Both the position numbers and the translations under genes were made by a program. DNA of 64,000 nt from contig CAWGSK010000009.1 in the NCBI GenBank assembly GCA_963825055.1, forward strand, positions 224,001 to 288,000. Direction: 5' to 3'. The stretch is from an uncultured Gemmatimonadales bacterium. GTDB taxonomy: Bacteria; Gemmatimonadota; Gemmatimonadetes; Gemmatimonadales; GWC2-71-9. Each line of letters opens with the position of its first letter. Positions within the stretch are counted from its first letter, which is position 1. The notes below the pieces were generated by a model. That model made no database searches, had not been told where the DNA came from, and was given only the letters and a program-made list of their open reading frames with translations. This document shows, in pieces, positions 47,005-59,000 of this stretch.

Positions 47005-48244
47005 GACCCGCGACCAGCCGGTATACCCTCACGTACTCGAGGTCGTCCTCGTCCTGCCAGACCCCGGTGACGTGGTCAGTGCCGATGTCCGTCGGGCGGA
47101 AGCCATCGGGCAGCGTGGCATCGCCGAGCCAGTGACCCGTGGAGTCGAGCACGCTGTAGGTTCGTTCCGTCAGTCCCGGTGCGCGCGCCTCCTCGACCCA
47201 GAAATTCCCTCCGGCATCCACGAGGAGGCCGCTGTACGACGGGAGATGATCGGGATATGGCGCCGTCTCTATTCGCTTTTCGAGTTGCTCCATCATGGGT
47301 GCCGGGATGTTGTTCGAGTTGGTCTTCAGCCGCTCCATCGCGTCGTTCCTCGCCCGGTTGACATCCTCCGCCGACAAGGCGGCAGGCTGGAAGTCGCGTC
47401 TCGCCAGGAGTCGGACCGCGCCCGTCGAATCCAGCACCCGCACCTCCCACCCCTCGTTCGGTGCCATGTATACGAGGCCGCCTCGCGCAACCGCAAAGGT
47501 GTTGCGGCCGAGCGGCACGGGCGCGGGCGAAGGAAAATCGCGCCCGTTGAAGGACATCGTGGCCGGGTACATCTCGATGCCGGGAAAGATCCCGATCGTA
47601 TCGCGAAGTTCTCCCGAATCCAGGTAGGTCACATAGGCCGTTGGTGTACGGTAGGGGCCGCCGCTCTTTGCGGTGGTGTCGATCTGTTGCACGGCAACGA
47701 GGAGTGTTCCGTCGTCAAAGACGCCTGCCGGTATGGGGAACATCAGGTTCCCCGGCGAGCGGATGACATAGGCCCGGATGAACGCCCCCGTATCGTCGAG
47801 GATCGAGATCCGGCGCGCCTGGAAGTCGAAGACCTGGAGCGTGTCTCCTCCCCGGCGCCAGAATCCAAAGGGGTTCTGGAACTCTCCCGGGCCACTCCCC
47901 TCCCGGCCGACGGAGCCGAGCCATGTCCCGGTGGAATCGTAAAAGCGTACCTGCTTGTTCCCCCCGTCCAGTACCGCAAGCCGGCCGTCGGAAAGCCGGA
48001 AGGCTCCCCCGACCCTGGCAAAATCCCGCTCGGGATGGTCGGCATCCGCACCAATCTCCACCAGTGCCGTGTCCGGCACCCGCCAGCCGGCACCTTCCTT
48101 CCATGCCGGTGCCGTGTTCTCGACGATATGCACCCCGGCGCTGTCCCGTTCCACGGCCGCGCGCGGCGCCGCCTCGCCCCCGCAGGCGAAAAGCAGGGGA
48201 AGGGCGAGGACAGGGACGACGGAGGGCCAGTGTGCGTTGGGCAT
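47001..48244 (-). CDS. 6-bladed beta-propeller lipoprotein
   Basis: Lipobox LLFAC; RDSAGV.IVEN, GREGSGPGEF, VD..GNFWV, D.DDLEYVRVYRL. Confidence 0.75.
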
Positions 48245-48364
48245 GGGGGCTCCGGAGACGTTACGGCAACGGGGAGGAACGAGTATACTTCCGCGACACA
48301 TATTCCATAGTACTTCGCTGACCGGCGGGCGGAAGGCCCCGGCGGGAACCCTGGTCGGATACAC

Positions 48365-50212
48365 ATGGACCATTCCAGTGCGCGTGCATCGTGGTATGAG
48401 TTCGCCGACGCGCTGCCGGACACCCTCCTGGTGTTCTCGGCCGACGGGCTTCTCCTGCACGCCGGGATGTCGGCCCGGGCCCTCCTGGGACGTGACCCGC
48501 CGGCCCTCCTTCAACGATACCTCGGCGATCTGGTTCATCCGGACGACCGTTCCGGGGCGCTCCGCCTCCTCGCCCACTGCCTGTCCAACCCCGGATCAAA
48601 CCATATCGCAATCCTGCGCTTCGGGCATGGCGACGGTTCCTGGATCGAGTGCGAGGCGGCAATGACATCCTCCGGCGTCGTGCGGGCAGCCGGGGAATGC
48701 CTGTGGCTGCTCCGCCCCTCGGGTGAACGGAGTGCCGCGGAGCTGGAGACACGGGAGCGCGAACAGCTCTTCCGGGCGATGGTGGAGACCATGCCGGACT
48801 GCGTCATCCTGGTCGATGACACCCGCTGCGTACGGGAGGCGAATGCAGAAGCGCGTGAGTTGCTGAAACTGCCCCCGGAAGCCATGGGCGGCGTGTTCCT
48901 CGACCCGTTGTTCCCCGCCGATTCGGCGCTTGCCTCGGGATGGGAGACCTTCGTGGCCGAGGGTTCCTTCCGGGGCAGGATCCGGGTGGACCTGCCGGAG
49001 GGTCCCCGGCTGCTGGATGTCGCGGGGCGCGCGCATATCCTGCCTGGACGCCACCTGGCCATCTTTCGCGACGTGACCGAGCGGGTCGAGCTTGACCGGC
49101 AGCTTCGGCATGAAGCCCGGCTGGCCGTGGCGACCCGGGTCGGTGGGGGGATCGCCGACACCATGGGCGACCTGGTCAATACGCTGTTCGAGAGCTGCGA
49201 GCGGCTCGAGAGCCACCTGCCCGACGGCTCGGCTGGCCGGGCCGACGCTGAGCGGATCCGTCGCGCGGCCGCCGGCGCCGCCACTCTGGCCCGCCAGCTG
49301 AAGGCGTTCAGCCAGCGGCTCGCCCTCCAGCCCGCGCGGGTGAATCTCAATCATGCGCTGGCTGCCCTGGAACCAATGCTCCGCCAGCTCGCCGGCCCCC
49401 CCATCGAGGTGCAGACACGCTCTGGTGACGGCCCGCAGGCGGCCTGGGTCGATCCGTCACAGTTCGATCAAATCGTACTCTCGGTCGTTCGGCGCGCGAT
49501 CGGAATGATGCCGGAGGGCGGGCGCCTCACCATTGAGACAGGGCAGGACTCCCCCGTGGCGGGCTACGCCACGGGAACGCATGTCATGCTCTCGGTCACC
49601 GACAGCGGCCCGACCCTCTCGGCCAGCGCGCGGGACAGCGCGTTCCTCCCATTCTCCGAGCCGGGCGAGGACGGCGATCTCGGCCTGAGTGTGGCGTGGG
49701 GCATCGTCCAGCAGAGCGCCGGGAGCCTCACCATCGACCAGGCACCCGGGGGTGGCTCCTCCGTGAGGATCTACCTCCCGGCCGCACCGGCTGATGTTCC
49801 CGGGCGCGCGTCCGGCGAGGTGCAGCCGGGAGAACGGCTGGCCCGGATCCTCCTGGTAGAGGATGACCCGGCCGTGCGGCGCGTGACGGAACGCATCCTG
49901 CGCAACCACGGCTACACCGTGGTGGCCGCCGCGAGCGGCACCGAGGCGCTTCGGGTCGCCGACGGAATGGTGGAGGGCATTGACCTGCTGCTCACCGACG
50001 TCATGATGCCGGGGATCAGCGGCGCCGACCTCGCCACCCAGCTGCGCCAGGAGCGGGACACACTCCGCATCCTCTTCATGTCCGGCTACATCAACATTCC
50101 CGCGCTGGAACAGGACGTGATCCGGGAGAGCCTCCTGCTGGTGAAGCCCTTCACTCCCGCCGAACTGCTGGACCACGTGCGTCAGGCGCTGGGCATCCGG
50201 GAAACCACCTGA
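48365..50212 (+). CDS. PAS-PAS-(pseudo)histidine kinase-REC hybrid
   Basis: PAS motifs (VHPDDR, FRDVTER); degenerate H, N and G boxes; intact REC (VEDD, TDVMMP, MSGY, KPF). Confidence 0.85.
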   Translation: MDHSSARASWYEFADALPDTLLVFSADGLLLHAGMSARALLGRDPPALLQRYLGDLVHPDDRSGALRLLAHCLSNPGSNHIAILRFGHGDGSWIECEAAMTSSGVVRAAGECLWLLRPSGERSAAELETREREQLFRAMVETMPDCVILVDDTRCVREANAEARELLKLPPEAMGGVFLDPLFPADSALASGWETFVAEGSFRGRIRVDLPEGPRLLDVAGRAHILPGRHLAIFRDVTERVELDRQLRHEARLAVATRVGGGIADTMGDLVNTLFESCERLESHLPDGSAGRADAERIRRAAAGAATLARQLKAFSQRLALQPARVNLNHALAALEPMLRQLAGPPIEVQTRSGDGPQAAWVDPSQFDQIVLSVVRRAIGMMPEGGRLTIETGQDSPVAGYATGTHVMLSVTDSGPTLSASARDSAFLPFSEPGEDGDLGLSVAWGIVQQSAGSLTIDQAPGGGSSVRIYLPAAPADVPGRASGEVQPGERLARILLVEDDPAVRRVTERILRNHGYTVVAAASGTEALRVADGMVEGIDLLLTDVMMPGISGADLATQLRQERDTLRILFMSGYINIPALEQDVIRESLLLVKPFTPAELLDHVRQALGIRETT

Positions 50213-50214
50213 GC

Positions 50215-52113
50215 ATGAACCGGCCACGGGACGACCCCCGGGCGCCGGACGCAGGACGGCCCTCCCCCGTCCGGGCCATGCTGCAGCGCCTCCGGATCGG
50301 TACGTTCCGTGCGGAAGGCTCGCGGCTGCTGGACGCCAATCCCGCCCTGATCGCCCTGCTCGGTTATGAGAGCCTGGACGAAATCCGCACGATCCCGGTC
50401 GCGGCGCTCTTTCCCGGCCCGGAGGCATACCCGGACCTGGTCTCCCGCCTGGCCGGTGGCGAGACCGTAACGGACGTCGAACTGGAGATGCTCCGAGGGG
50501 ACGGCACGAGGGAACTGGTATCGCTCACCGCAGGTCTCGAACCCGGCGGCGAGATCCTCGAAGCAGTGGTGGAGGATGTCGGACAGCGGCGGACGGCGGC
50601 CCAGCGGCTCAGGGCATCGGAGGCGGAACTGGAGGCCCTGTTCACGGCGATGACCGACGTCATCCTGGTGATCGACCGCGAGGGGCGGTATCTCAAGGTC
50701 GCACCCACCAACACGGCCGCGCTCGTCCGTCCGCCGGATGAACTGCTCGGGCATACCATCCACGACTTCTTTCCCCGCTCCACCGCCGACATCTTCCTGC
50801 GCTACATCGCGGAGGCTCTGGAGACGCGGTCACCCGTGCAGGCGGAGTACCGGATCGAGGTCGAGCAGGGGGACCGGTGGTTTGACGCCACGATTTCTCC
50901 GATGCTCGAGGACTCCGTCGTCTGGGTCGCGCGGGACGTGACGGCCCATAAACAGATGCAGGACCAGCTCCAGCAGGCAGTCAAGATGGAAGCCGTCGGC
51001 CGCCTGGCGGGCGGGATCGCCCATGACTTCAATAACCTGCTGACCGCCATTCTCGGCACCAGTGCGCTGGTCCTGGACGAACTCGCCGGGACCGACCCGC
51101 ACCAGGAGGATCTCCTGGAGATCCGTCGGGCCGCGGAGCGGGCCGGCGGACTTACCCGGCAGCTCCTGGCCTTCAGCCGACGGCAGGTCCTGCAGCCCCG
51201 GGTCATCGAGGTGAATGGCATCGTCCGCACAGTCGACACGCTGCTCCTCCGACTGCTGGGCGAGGACGTACAGCGCCGCAAATCACTTGCGCCGGATCTC
51301 GGCCTGGTCCGCGCCGACCCGGGCCAGCTCGAGCAGGTCATCGTGAACCTGGCCCTCAACGCGCGGGATGCCATGCCGGAAGGCGGCGTGCTCACCATCG
51401 AAACGGCGAACGTGGAACTCGGCGGCCAGAAATTCGCCGGCTTTACCGCCATCCCGGGCCCGTATGTCCGGTTGAGTGTCCGGGATACGGGTTCGGGTAT
51501 CTCCCCGAGGGTACGGCTTCACCTCTTCGAGCCGTTCTTCACGACCAAGGAGCGCGGCAAGGGCACCGGTCTTGGCCTGGCGACGGTGTACGGGATCGTC
51601 AAGCAGAGCGGCGGATACATCGATGTCGCCTCGGAGGAGGGGAAGGGCTCGACGTTCCACATCTACCTTCCGAAGGTGGAGGGGCCACTCGATCCCCCCC
51701 TCGATGTACCGCAGGCCGCGCCCGCCAGAGCGTCTGGCGGGGGCACGGTCCTGCTCGTGGAAGACGAGGCGCCTGTACGCCGGCTTTGCCGCCGGGTGCT
51801 CGAATCCAACGGATTCATCGTGCTGGAAGCCTCGTCTGGAGAAGAGGGCCTGCGCATCGCCATTGACCATGATGGTCCACTCGACGTCGTCCTCACGGAT
51901 GTTGTCATGCCCGGCATGAGCGGAGCCGAGATGGTGCGTCGACTCCAGCGCTACCGTGCGGATTTCGCCCCCATCTACAGCAGCGGATATGCCGACGACG
52001 CCATCGCGCGCCACGGCGTGATCACCCCCGGAGAGAACTTTCTCCAGAAGCCGTTCACCCCAGAGCTCCTGCTGGCAAGCGTCCGCAGGGTGCTGAGTTC
52101 ACCGGAGCCATGA
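50215..52113 (+). CDS. PAS-PAS hybrid sensor histidine kinase / response regulator (CckA-like architecture)
   Basis: [63 protein letters not shown]. Confidence 0.93.
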   Translation: MNRPRDDPRAPDAGRPSPVRAMLQRLRIGTFRAEGSRLLDANPALIALLGYESLDEIRTIPVAALFPGPEAYPDLVSRLAGGETVTDVELEMLRGDGTRELVSLTAGLEPGGEILEAVVEDVGQRRTAAQRLRASEAELEALFTAMTDVILVIDREGRYLKVAPTNTAALVRPPDELLGHTIHDFFPRSTADIFLRYIAEALETRSPVQAEYRIEVEQGDRWFDATISPMLEDSVVWVARDVTAHKQMQDQLQQAVKMEAVGRLAGGIAHDFNNLLTAILGTSALVLDELAGTDPHQEDLLEIRRAAERAGGLTRQLLAFSRRQVLQPRVIEVNGIVRTVDTLLLRLLGEDVQRRKSLAPDLGLVRADPGQLEQVIVNLALNARDAMPEGGVLTIETANVELGGQKFAGFTAIPGPYVRLSVRDTGSGISPRVRLHLFEPFFTTKERGKGTGLGLATVYGIVKQSGGYIDVASEEGKGSTFHIYLPKVEGPLDPPLDVPQAAPARASGGGTVLLVEDEAPVRRLCRRVLESNGFIVLEASSGEEGLRIAIDHDGPLDVVLTDVVMPGMSGAEMVRRLQRYRADFAPIYSSGYADDAIARHGVITPGENFLQKPFTPELLLASVRRVLSSPEP

Positions 52114-52586
52114 TGACCTTGAGATCCCTGCACCTGTCCCTGCTCGTCCTGCTGCTTGCGGCGCTCCCCCTTCCGGCGGCGGCCCAGGAGCGTGGCCTCT
52201 CCCGCGGCGTCGAAGCAGCCATCCGGACCGGCCGGGATTTCTCGGATGACAAGTGGATGGCCGGCGGCGGCATCCGGGTGCCGGTCTGGCGGCTCTGGGA
52301 ACTGCGCCCCAGTGCCGACGTCCTCCTGACCGACGGACATCCCTGGCAGGGGAACCTGGACGTGGCCGTCCTCGGTCCGCGCGGCGCCGGCTATCTCGGG
52401 TTCGGATACGCGCGCGTCCGCCGGGCATGGGATGGCGACTCCACCCAGGCCTGGGGCGACGGGGTCAACGGGTTTGTCGGCATCTCCACCGTCCTCCCCG
52501 CCACCTTCCGCCCGTTTCTCGAGGCGAGATGGACCCGCGCCCGCGGAGAAACCCTCTTCCGCCTGGTTCTCGGCTTCAACTTCTAG
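52110..52586 (+). CDS. Hypothetical exported protein, probable small outer-membrane beta-barrel
   Basis: Signal peptide (AAA), alternating hydrophobic strands, C-terminal LGFNF. Confidence 0.6.
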   Translation: MMTLRSLHLSLLVLLLAALPLPAAAQERGLSRGVEAAIRTGRDFSDDKWMAGGGIRVPVWRLWELRPSADVLLTDGHPWQGNLDVAVLGPRGAGYLGFGYARVRRAWDGDSTQAWGDGVNGFVGISTVLPATFRPFLEARWTRARGETLFRLVLGFNF

Positions 52587-52626
52587 TACCCGCCGCGCCC
52601 CCTTGACCATACCAGCCGGCCCGGTT

Positions 52627-52644
52627 TTCATACATGCGTATGAA
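52627..52644. promoter_or_regulatory. Putative TetR operator overlapping the tetR start
   Basis: TTCATAC-ATGC-GTATGAA with perfect 7-bp arms; TTGACC at 52603-52608. Confidence 0.7.
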
Positions 52645-53254
52645 CGAAACCGAAGCCACCAGGGATCGCCTGCTAAGGACGGCCCAGCGCCTCTTCGCCC
52701 GCCACGGGTACAGGGGGGCAAGTGTCCGCCGCATCACGGAGGAGGCGGGCACGAACCTCGGTGCGATTACATATCACTTCGGTTCCAAGGACGCTCTCTA
52801 CCAGGCCGTCCTGAGCCAGTTGATCGATCCGCTCCTCCAGCGTGCCACGGCCGCGGTTTCCGAAGACGCGCCACCGCTCGACCGGGTTGAGAGCCTGATG
52901 CGGGCCATTTTCGACCACATGCTGTCCAATGCCGACGTGCCCTGCCTCATGATGCACCAGATGACCATGGCGGGGCAGTTCCCCGCCCCGGGACGCCGGG
53001 CTCAACTCGAGGTGCGGGGCATGCTGGAAGCCCTGGTCAAGGAGGGCCAGAAGGACGGCAGTATCCGGAAGGGTGATCCCTCCCTGCTGGCACTCAGCGT
53101 GGTGGCGCAACCGATCTATTTCGCCCTGGCCTGGCGCCCGCTGGCAGAGGTACACGGGGTGGACCTGAGCGATGGATCAGTGCGTACGAACCTGGTGGCC
53201 CACGCCATCGATTTCGCCCGGCGGGGACTCGCACCCGGTATCACGGGTGGGTAA
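52640..53254 (+). CDS. TetR/AcrR family transcriptional regulator (alternative start 52634)
   Basis: TRDRLL..A..LFA..GY..ASVR.I..EAG.N...I.YHFGSK. Confidence 0.92.
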   Translation: MNETEATRDRLLRTAQRLFARHGYRGASVRRITEEAGTNLGAITYHFGSKDALYQAVLSQLIDPLLQRATAAVSEDAPPLDRVESLMRAIFDHMLSNADVPCLMMHQMTMAGQFPAPGRRAQLEVRGMLEALVKEGQKDGSIRKGDPSLLALSVVAQPIYFALAWRPLAEVHGVDLSDGSVRTNLVAHAIDFARRGLAPGITGG

Positions 53255-53356
53255 CGGCGGCAGCGGCGACCGCAATCCCGGTTGGAGGGATTCCGTCGCA
53301 GGTCTATCATCCGGGCTTATCGGTGGGGCACCTGAATGGGGAAGTGTGGCGGACAG

Positions 53357-54949
53357 ATGAGCAAACGGCTGATATCGACTCTTCGTGGAATATGGCTGGC
53401 AGCTGCGCTCACTCCCGCGGCGGCCGTGGCCCAGCAGCAGGCTCCCCTGGTGCTCTCCCTCCCCGATGCGCTCGACCTGGCCCGGCAATCGAGTGAGACA
53501 GTGGAGCTGGCCCGCACTGGCCTGCGTCGCTCGGAGGGCCAGCTCTTCCAGGCAAGAAGCGGGTACTTCCCGCAGCTCTCCGGGAGCGCATCCTACACCC
53601 GGACGCTCGCGTCTCAGTTCAGTTCCCTCCAGTCTGACAGTCCGGACACCACGACCGCGCCTGCCTCCTGCGAACGGTTCCGGGCCGATCCGACCATGCC
53701 GATCGGCGCCCGGGTGGACTCGCTGGAAAGCGCGGTGGAGTGTCTTTCCAGCGTCAACCCGTTCTCGGCCTTCTCCGACCTCCCCTTCGGTCGCGAGAAC
53801 CAGTATTCCTTCGGACTGCAGTTGTCCCAGAACCTCTTCACCGGCGGACGGCTGAGCGGCCAGAACCGGGCTGCACAGGCCACCCGTCGCGCGTCGGAAA
53901 TCGGCGTGACCGCCGCCGAGGCGGCGCTCACCCTGGATGTGACCAGGGCCTACCTTGACGCAATCCTCGCCGATCGCCTTCTCGACATCGCCCGTGCCTC
54001 GCTGGGCCAGGCCGATTCGACATATGAGCAGGTCAGGCTCGGCGCGGAGGTCGGCACTCAGGCCGAGTTCGACCTGCTGCGTGCCCAGGTGGCGCGGGAC
54101 AACCAGCGGCCGGTCGTGATCCAGCGCGCTGCCGCGCGGGACATCGCCTATCTCCGGCTGCGCCAGCTCCTGAACCTGCCCACCGAGAGGCCGGTCGAGC
54201 TTGCAAGCAGACTGGACGACAGTACCGCGGCGCCGATTCCCGGGGTTCCCATGGAACTCGAGGCGGCGGACACCGCGCTGCAACAGCGAGCTCCCGTGCA
54301 ACAGGCCGAGGCCGCGGTGGCGGCCCGGGAGGGATTGCTCAAGGCCGCGAGGGCCCAGCACTTCCCCAGCCTCACGCTCACGTCCCAGTACGCCCAGCTC
54401 GCTTACCCATCCTCCGCGTTCCCGGGTGCCGGTGATTTCGTGACCGACTGGACGGTGGCCGTGGCGCTTCAGCTGCCGATCTTCACGGGCGGACGAATTC
54501 ACGGTGACGTCATGGTGGCGCGCGCGAACCTCGACGAGGCCCGGCAGCGGCTCAGCCTGACGCGAAAGGCTGCCCAACTCGACGCCTTCACGGCCTCGTC
54601 CAACCTTGCGGCGGCCCGCGCCACGTGGGAGGCCAGCCGCGGGACGGTGGAACAGGCGCGCCGCGCCTGGAGCATCGCGCAGATCCGATACCGTGAAGGC
54701 ATTTCCACCCAGCTCGAACTCAATGACGCGCGGCTTCAGTTGCAGCAGGCGGAAGCCAACCGTGCCCAGGCCACCCGGGACCTCCAGGTCGCGCGGGTGC
54801 GCGCCGCGCTCCTGCCGGACCTGCCGCTGGCGCAGGCAGGCGATGGTACGACGGGCGCGGCCGACGCGGCTTCGACGACCACGATGACCACCACACCGGC
54901 CACCGGCACGCGGTCGGCCGTGACGACGACAGGAATTCCCAGACAATGA
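53357..54949 (+). CDS. TolC family outer membrane efflux protein
   Basis: Signal peptide; YFPQL, QNLFTGG, LPIFTGG, RYREG..TQLEL.DA. Confidence 0.9.
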   Translation: MSKRLISTLRGIWLAAALTPAAAVAQQQAPLVLSLPDALDLARQSSETVELARTGLRRSEGQLFQARSGYFPQLSGSASYTRTLASQFSSLQSDSPDTTTAPASCERFRADPTMPIGARVDSLESAVECLSSVNPFSAFSDLPFGRENQYSFGLQLSQNLFTGGRLSGQNRAAQATRRASEIGVTAAEAALTLDVTRAYLDAILADRLLDIARASLGQADSTYEQVRLGAEVGTQAEFDLLRAQVARDNQRPVVIQRAAARDIAYLRLRQLLNLPTERPVELASRLDDSTAAPIPGVPMELEAADTALQQRAPVQQAEAAVAAREGLLKAARAQHFPSLTLTSQYAQLAYPSSAFPGAGDFVTDWTVAVALQLPIFTGGRIHGDVMVARANLDEARQRLSLTRKAAQLDAFTASSNLAAARATWEASRGTVEQARRAWSIAQIRYREGISTQLELNDARLQLQQAEANRAQATRDLQVARVRAALLPDLPLAQAGDGTTGAADAASTTTMTTTPATGTRSAVTTTGIPRQ

Positions 54950-56070
54950 GACACCCGCTCGCGATGGTCGCCCTGACCGCAGTTCTGCCAATCCTGATGT
55001 CCTGCGGAGGAAAGGTGGAGACCGCCGACACCAGGGACGAGCCTGTGACCCTGGGGGCTGAGAACATCGCCGTGGTCACCGAGGACACTATCCGGTCCGG
55101 GCCCACCATCTCGGGGCAGCTGACACCCGTCCGGGAGGCGCGGATGCGCGCTGAGGTCAGCGGCGCCGTGGTGGAGGTTCGCGCGGAGCAGGGGCAGGCG
55201 GTCTCCCGCGGAACGGTGCTCGGCCGGATCGAGTCGGCCTCCCTGCTGGAAGCGGAACGTTCGGCCAGCGCTGCTCTCCGGCAGGCCGAGGCCGCGATGG
55301 CGCAGGCGCGTCGGGACGCGGAGCGCTCCGCGACCCTCGCGGCCGCCGGTGCGATTCCCCAGCGTGACCTGGAGCAGGCGCAGCAGGCCGAGACCAGGGC
55401 CGAGGCCGCCGTTGCTGACGCCAGGGCACGCCTGAGCACGGCGAGTCGACAGCTGGGCAACGCGACCATCCGGGCGCCATTCAGCGGTGTCGTAAGCGAG
55501 AGAAGCGTCAGCCTGGGCGATGTCGTCCAGTCGGGGACCGCCCTGTTCACGGTAGTGGATCCCTCGAGCATGGAACTGGAGGCAGCCGTTCCCGCGCGGA
55601 GCATGGATGCCCTCCGGGAGGGTAAGACGGTGCGGTTCCAGGTGACCGGCTACCCGGAACGGTACTTCGAGGGCGTGATCGACCGGATCAGCCCCACCGC
55701 GGACCCAGGCACGGGGCAGGTCAGGATCTACGTCGCGATTCCGAATGAACGCGGGACACTGGTGGGCGGACTGTTCGCGGAGGGCCGGGTGGCCACCCAG
55801 ACCTCGGTCGGCGCGGCGATTCCGCGTGCCGCCCTGGATGAGCGGGGACTCGCCCCCGTGGTCTACCAGGTCAGGAACGCGCAGGTACGGAAGGTGGCGG
55901 TCGCCACCGGACTCAAGGACGAGATCGCCGAGCGGGTCGAAATCACTTCCGGCCTAAGCGTCGGCGACACGGTGCTGATGGGGTCAGCCCAGGGGCTGGC
56001 CGACGGCACCGTCGTGCGAATCCGGCAGGACCCGCGCGTGCCGTCCGACTCCAGCCGCCCGATGAACTGA
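54946..56070 (+). CDS. RND efflux periplasmic adaptor (MFP), lipoprotein
   Basis: Lipobox LMSC; AEVSG.V, IRAPFSGVV, GDVV..G..LF, RISPTAD, GL..GD.V. Confidence 0.92.
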   Translation: MRHPLAMVALTAVLPILMSCGGKVETADTRDEPVTLGAENIAVVTEDTIRSGPTISGQLTPVREARMRAEVSGAVVEVRAEQGQAVSRGTVLGRIESASLLEAERSASAALRQAEAAMAQARRDAERSATLAAAGAIPQRDLEQAQQAETRAEAAVADARARLSTASRQLGNATIRAPFSGVVSERSVSLGDVVQSGTALFTVVDPSSMELEAAVPARSMDALREGKTVRFQVTGYPERYFEGVIDRISPTADPGTGQVRIYVAIPNERGTLVGGLFAEGRVATQTSVGAAIPRAALDERGLAPVVYQVRNAQVRKVAVATGLKDEIAERVEITSGLSVGDTVLMGSAQGLADGTVVRIRQDPRVPSDSSRPMN

Positions 56071-56079
56071 GGATCAACG

Positions 56080-59000
56080 GTGTTCATATCCGACTTTGCG
56101 ATCAAGCGCCCCATTGTCACGATCACCACGATCCTGGCGCTGGTCGCGTTCGGCCTTGCCGCCCTGATCAACCTGCAGACAGACGAGTTCCCCGACATCC
56201 AGCAGCCGGTGGTCGCGGTGTCTATCATCTATCCCGGCGCATCGCCCGAGGTGGTCGAGCGGGAAATCGTGGACCCGGTCGAAGACGCCATCTTCAGCAT
56301 CAGCGGGATCGACGGGCCGAAAACCATCTCGAGCGCGACTGACGGCCTGGCGTCCTTTGTCGTCTTCTTCGACTTCGAGAAGGACGTCCAGCAGGCCACC
56401 CAGGACATCCGCGACGCCATCAGCAGCAAGCGGGCCGACCTGCCGCAGGAGATGGAAGAACCGATCATCACGCGGTTCGATCCGGCGGAGGAGCCGATCC
56501 TCTCCCTGACCCTGTCCTCCGACCGGCTTCCCGCAACCGTACTCACGCGAATCGCCGACCCGACGGTAACCCGGGAGCTGCGGAGCATCCCGGGCGTGGC
56601 CGACGTCAGCGTGATCGGTGGCATCACACGGGAACTCACCGTGCAGGTGCGCCCGGAGGCGCTTCAGGGCGCGGGCGTCAGCGTGGCACAGGTGGTTCAG
56701 GCGCTCCAGAGCCAGAACCTGGCGGCGCCGGTCGGCCGCCTCACCAGCGACCTCGAGGAGCGGAGCATCCGCCTCAAGGGCCGCCTGGAGCGTCCGGAGG
56801 ACTTCCAGGCGCTCGTCGTGGCCGAGCGGGATGGCGGGACCATCCGTCTGGGGCAGGTGGCGGACGTGATGGATGGCACCGAGGAGCCCCGCACCCTGGC
56901 GCTCTTCAATGGGCGCGAGGCGATCGGCATCGACATCAAGAAATCCAAGGGGTACAGCACGACGGCGGTGGCCGACCGGATCCGCGAGCGCATCACGGAA
57001 CTGCAGGCCCGCCTCCCTGAGGGCGCCACGCTGGAGATCGTGCGCGACGCCGGCGTGCGGGTGAGCCACGCCGTCCAGAATGTGCAGGAGGCGCTGGTGG
57101 AAGGCGCCCTGCTGACGGTGGTGGTGGTGTTCCTGTTCCTCAATTCCTGGCGCTCCACGGTCATCACGGGCCTGGCGCTGCCGGTGAGTGTGCTGGCTTC
57201 GTTCGTCGCGGTGTGGGCGTTCGGTTTCACGCTGAACACTATGTCGCTCCTCGGCCTGTCCCTGGCCATCGGCATTCTGATCGACGACGCGATCGTGGTG
57301 CGGGAGAACATCGTCCGGCACATCGAAATGGGGAAGGACCACTACGTAGCCTCCCAGGAGGGGACGGACGAGATCGGCCTCGCGGTGGCGGCGACGACGT
57401 TTTCCATCGTGGCGGTTTTTGTACCGGTCGCCTTCATGTACGGGGTGGCGGGCCAGTGGTTCAAGCCCTTTGCCCTCACCATCGCCTGCGCGGTCCTGGT
57501 CTCCCTCTTCGTCAGTTTCTCGCTCGACCCGATGCTGTCGGCCTACTGGGCCGACCCGCAGGTCGAGGCGCATGAACGTCGGAACCCGATCGCCCGCACG
57601 CTCGAGCGGTTCAACCGGTGGTTCGATCGCCAGGCCGAGAACTACAAGCGCCTGGTGGGCTGGGCCCTTGACCACCGCCTGTTCGTGGCGCTCGTCGGCA
57701 TCGGCGCGTTCGTGGGCGCGATCGCCCTCCAGGTGGCCTTCGGCGGGGCAGGTTTCGTCCCCGAAAGCGACCGGAGCGAGATCACCCTGATCGTGGAAAC
57801 CCCGCCGGGGTCGAGCCTGCATTACACCCGCCTCAAGACCGAGGAGGTGGCGCAGGTCGCGCGGAACCATCCGGAGGTCGCCTACACCTACACCACCATC
57901 GGGACGCCGCTGCCGCTCCGCGCGCCCGGTGTGGACCAGGCGCAGGTCTACGTGCGCCTGGTCCCGAAGGCCGATCGCTCGATCAGCCAGGCCGAACTCG
58001 GCCAGCTGATGCGCGGCGAGCTGAATCAGGTCGGGGGTACGACGGTGTCCGTATTCACCAGCGGGTTCGGCGGTGCGTTCAAGCAGATCCAGCTCCAGAT
58101 GAGCGGTGACGATATCGCCAGGCTCACGGAGCTGGCCGAGCGCGCGAAGGAGATCGTCAGGCAGGTGCCGGGGGCAGTGGATGTCGGACTCAGCACCCGG
58201 GGGCAGAAGCCGGAACTCACGGTGTCGCTCCACCGGGGACTGGCCGGGCAGCTGGGGATTACGGTGGGCCAGGTCGCCCAGTCGCTTCGCCCGGCGTTCG
58301 CGGGGCTCGATGCCGGCGACTGGGTGGACCCGAGTGGCGAAACCCGGGACGTCACGGTCCGGCTCCGGCCGGAGAGCCGCGAGCGCCCGGAGGACCTGGC
58401 CCGCCTGCCGCTCGTCGTGCCCGGCCGGGATGGCCAGTTTGCAACCGTGCCACTCGGGCAGGTGGCGGACATTCAGCAGGGCGTCGGCCCCGCCCAGATC
58501 AACCACCTGGACCGGGACAAAGTGATCAATGTGGAGGCGAACGTCTCAGGCCGGTCGCTCAACGAAGTGGTCAAGGACATCGAGTCACGATTCGCCGCGC
58601 AGCTGCGGCTCCCGCCAGGGTACGCCATCAGCCAGGGCGGGGAGACACGGGACCAGAACGAGGTGTTCTCGCGCATCTTCACCGCGCTGGGCATCGCCGT
58701 GCTGCTGATGTACCTGATCCTCGTGGTGCAGTTCGGTTCCTTCCTGGATCCACTGGCCATCCTCCTCTCGCTGCCGCTCTCCCTGATCGGCGTGGTGCTC
58801 GCCCTCCTGATCACGGGCGACACGCTCAACATCATGAGCCTGATCGGGGTGATCCTCCTGATGGGCATCGTCGCCAAGAACGCGATCCTGCTGATCGACT
58901 TCGCCAAGTGGGGCCAGGAAAATGACGGACTGTCCCTCCGGGACTCGCTCATCGAGGCCGGCCGTATCCGGCTCCGGCCCATCATGATGACCACGTTCGC

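Noticed and set aside
45704..48577. 957-aa novel propeller-amidohydrolase fusion protein as given in the ORF track
   Set aside because: The junction is reconstructable as two GTGA-overlapping lipoprotein genes with two single-base deletions, and the first ~110 codons overlap the divergent kinase gene.
56074..58506. 810-aa minus-strand ORF
   Set aside because: Antisense shadow of the RND permease.
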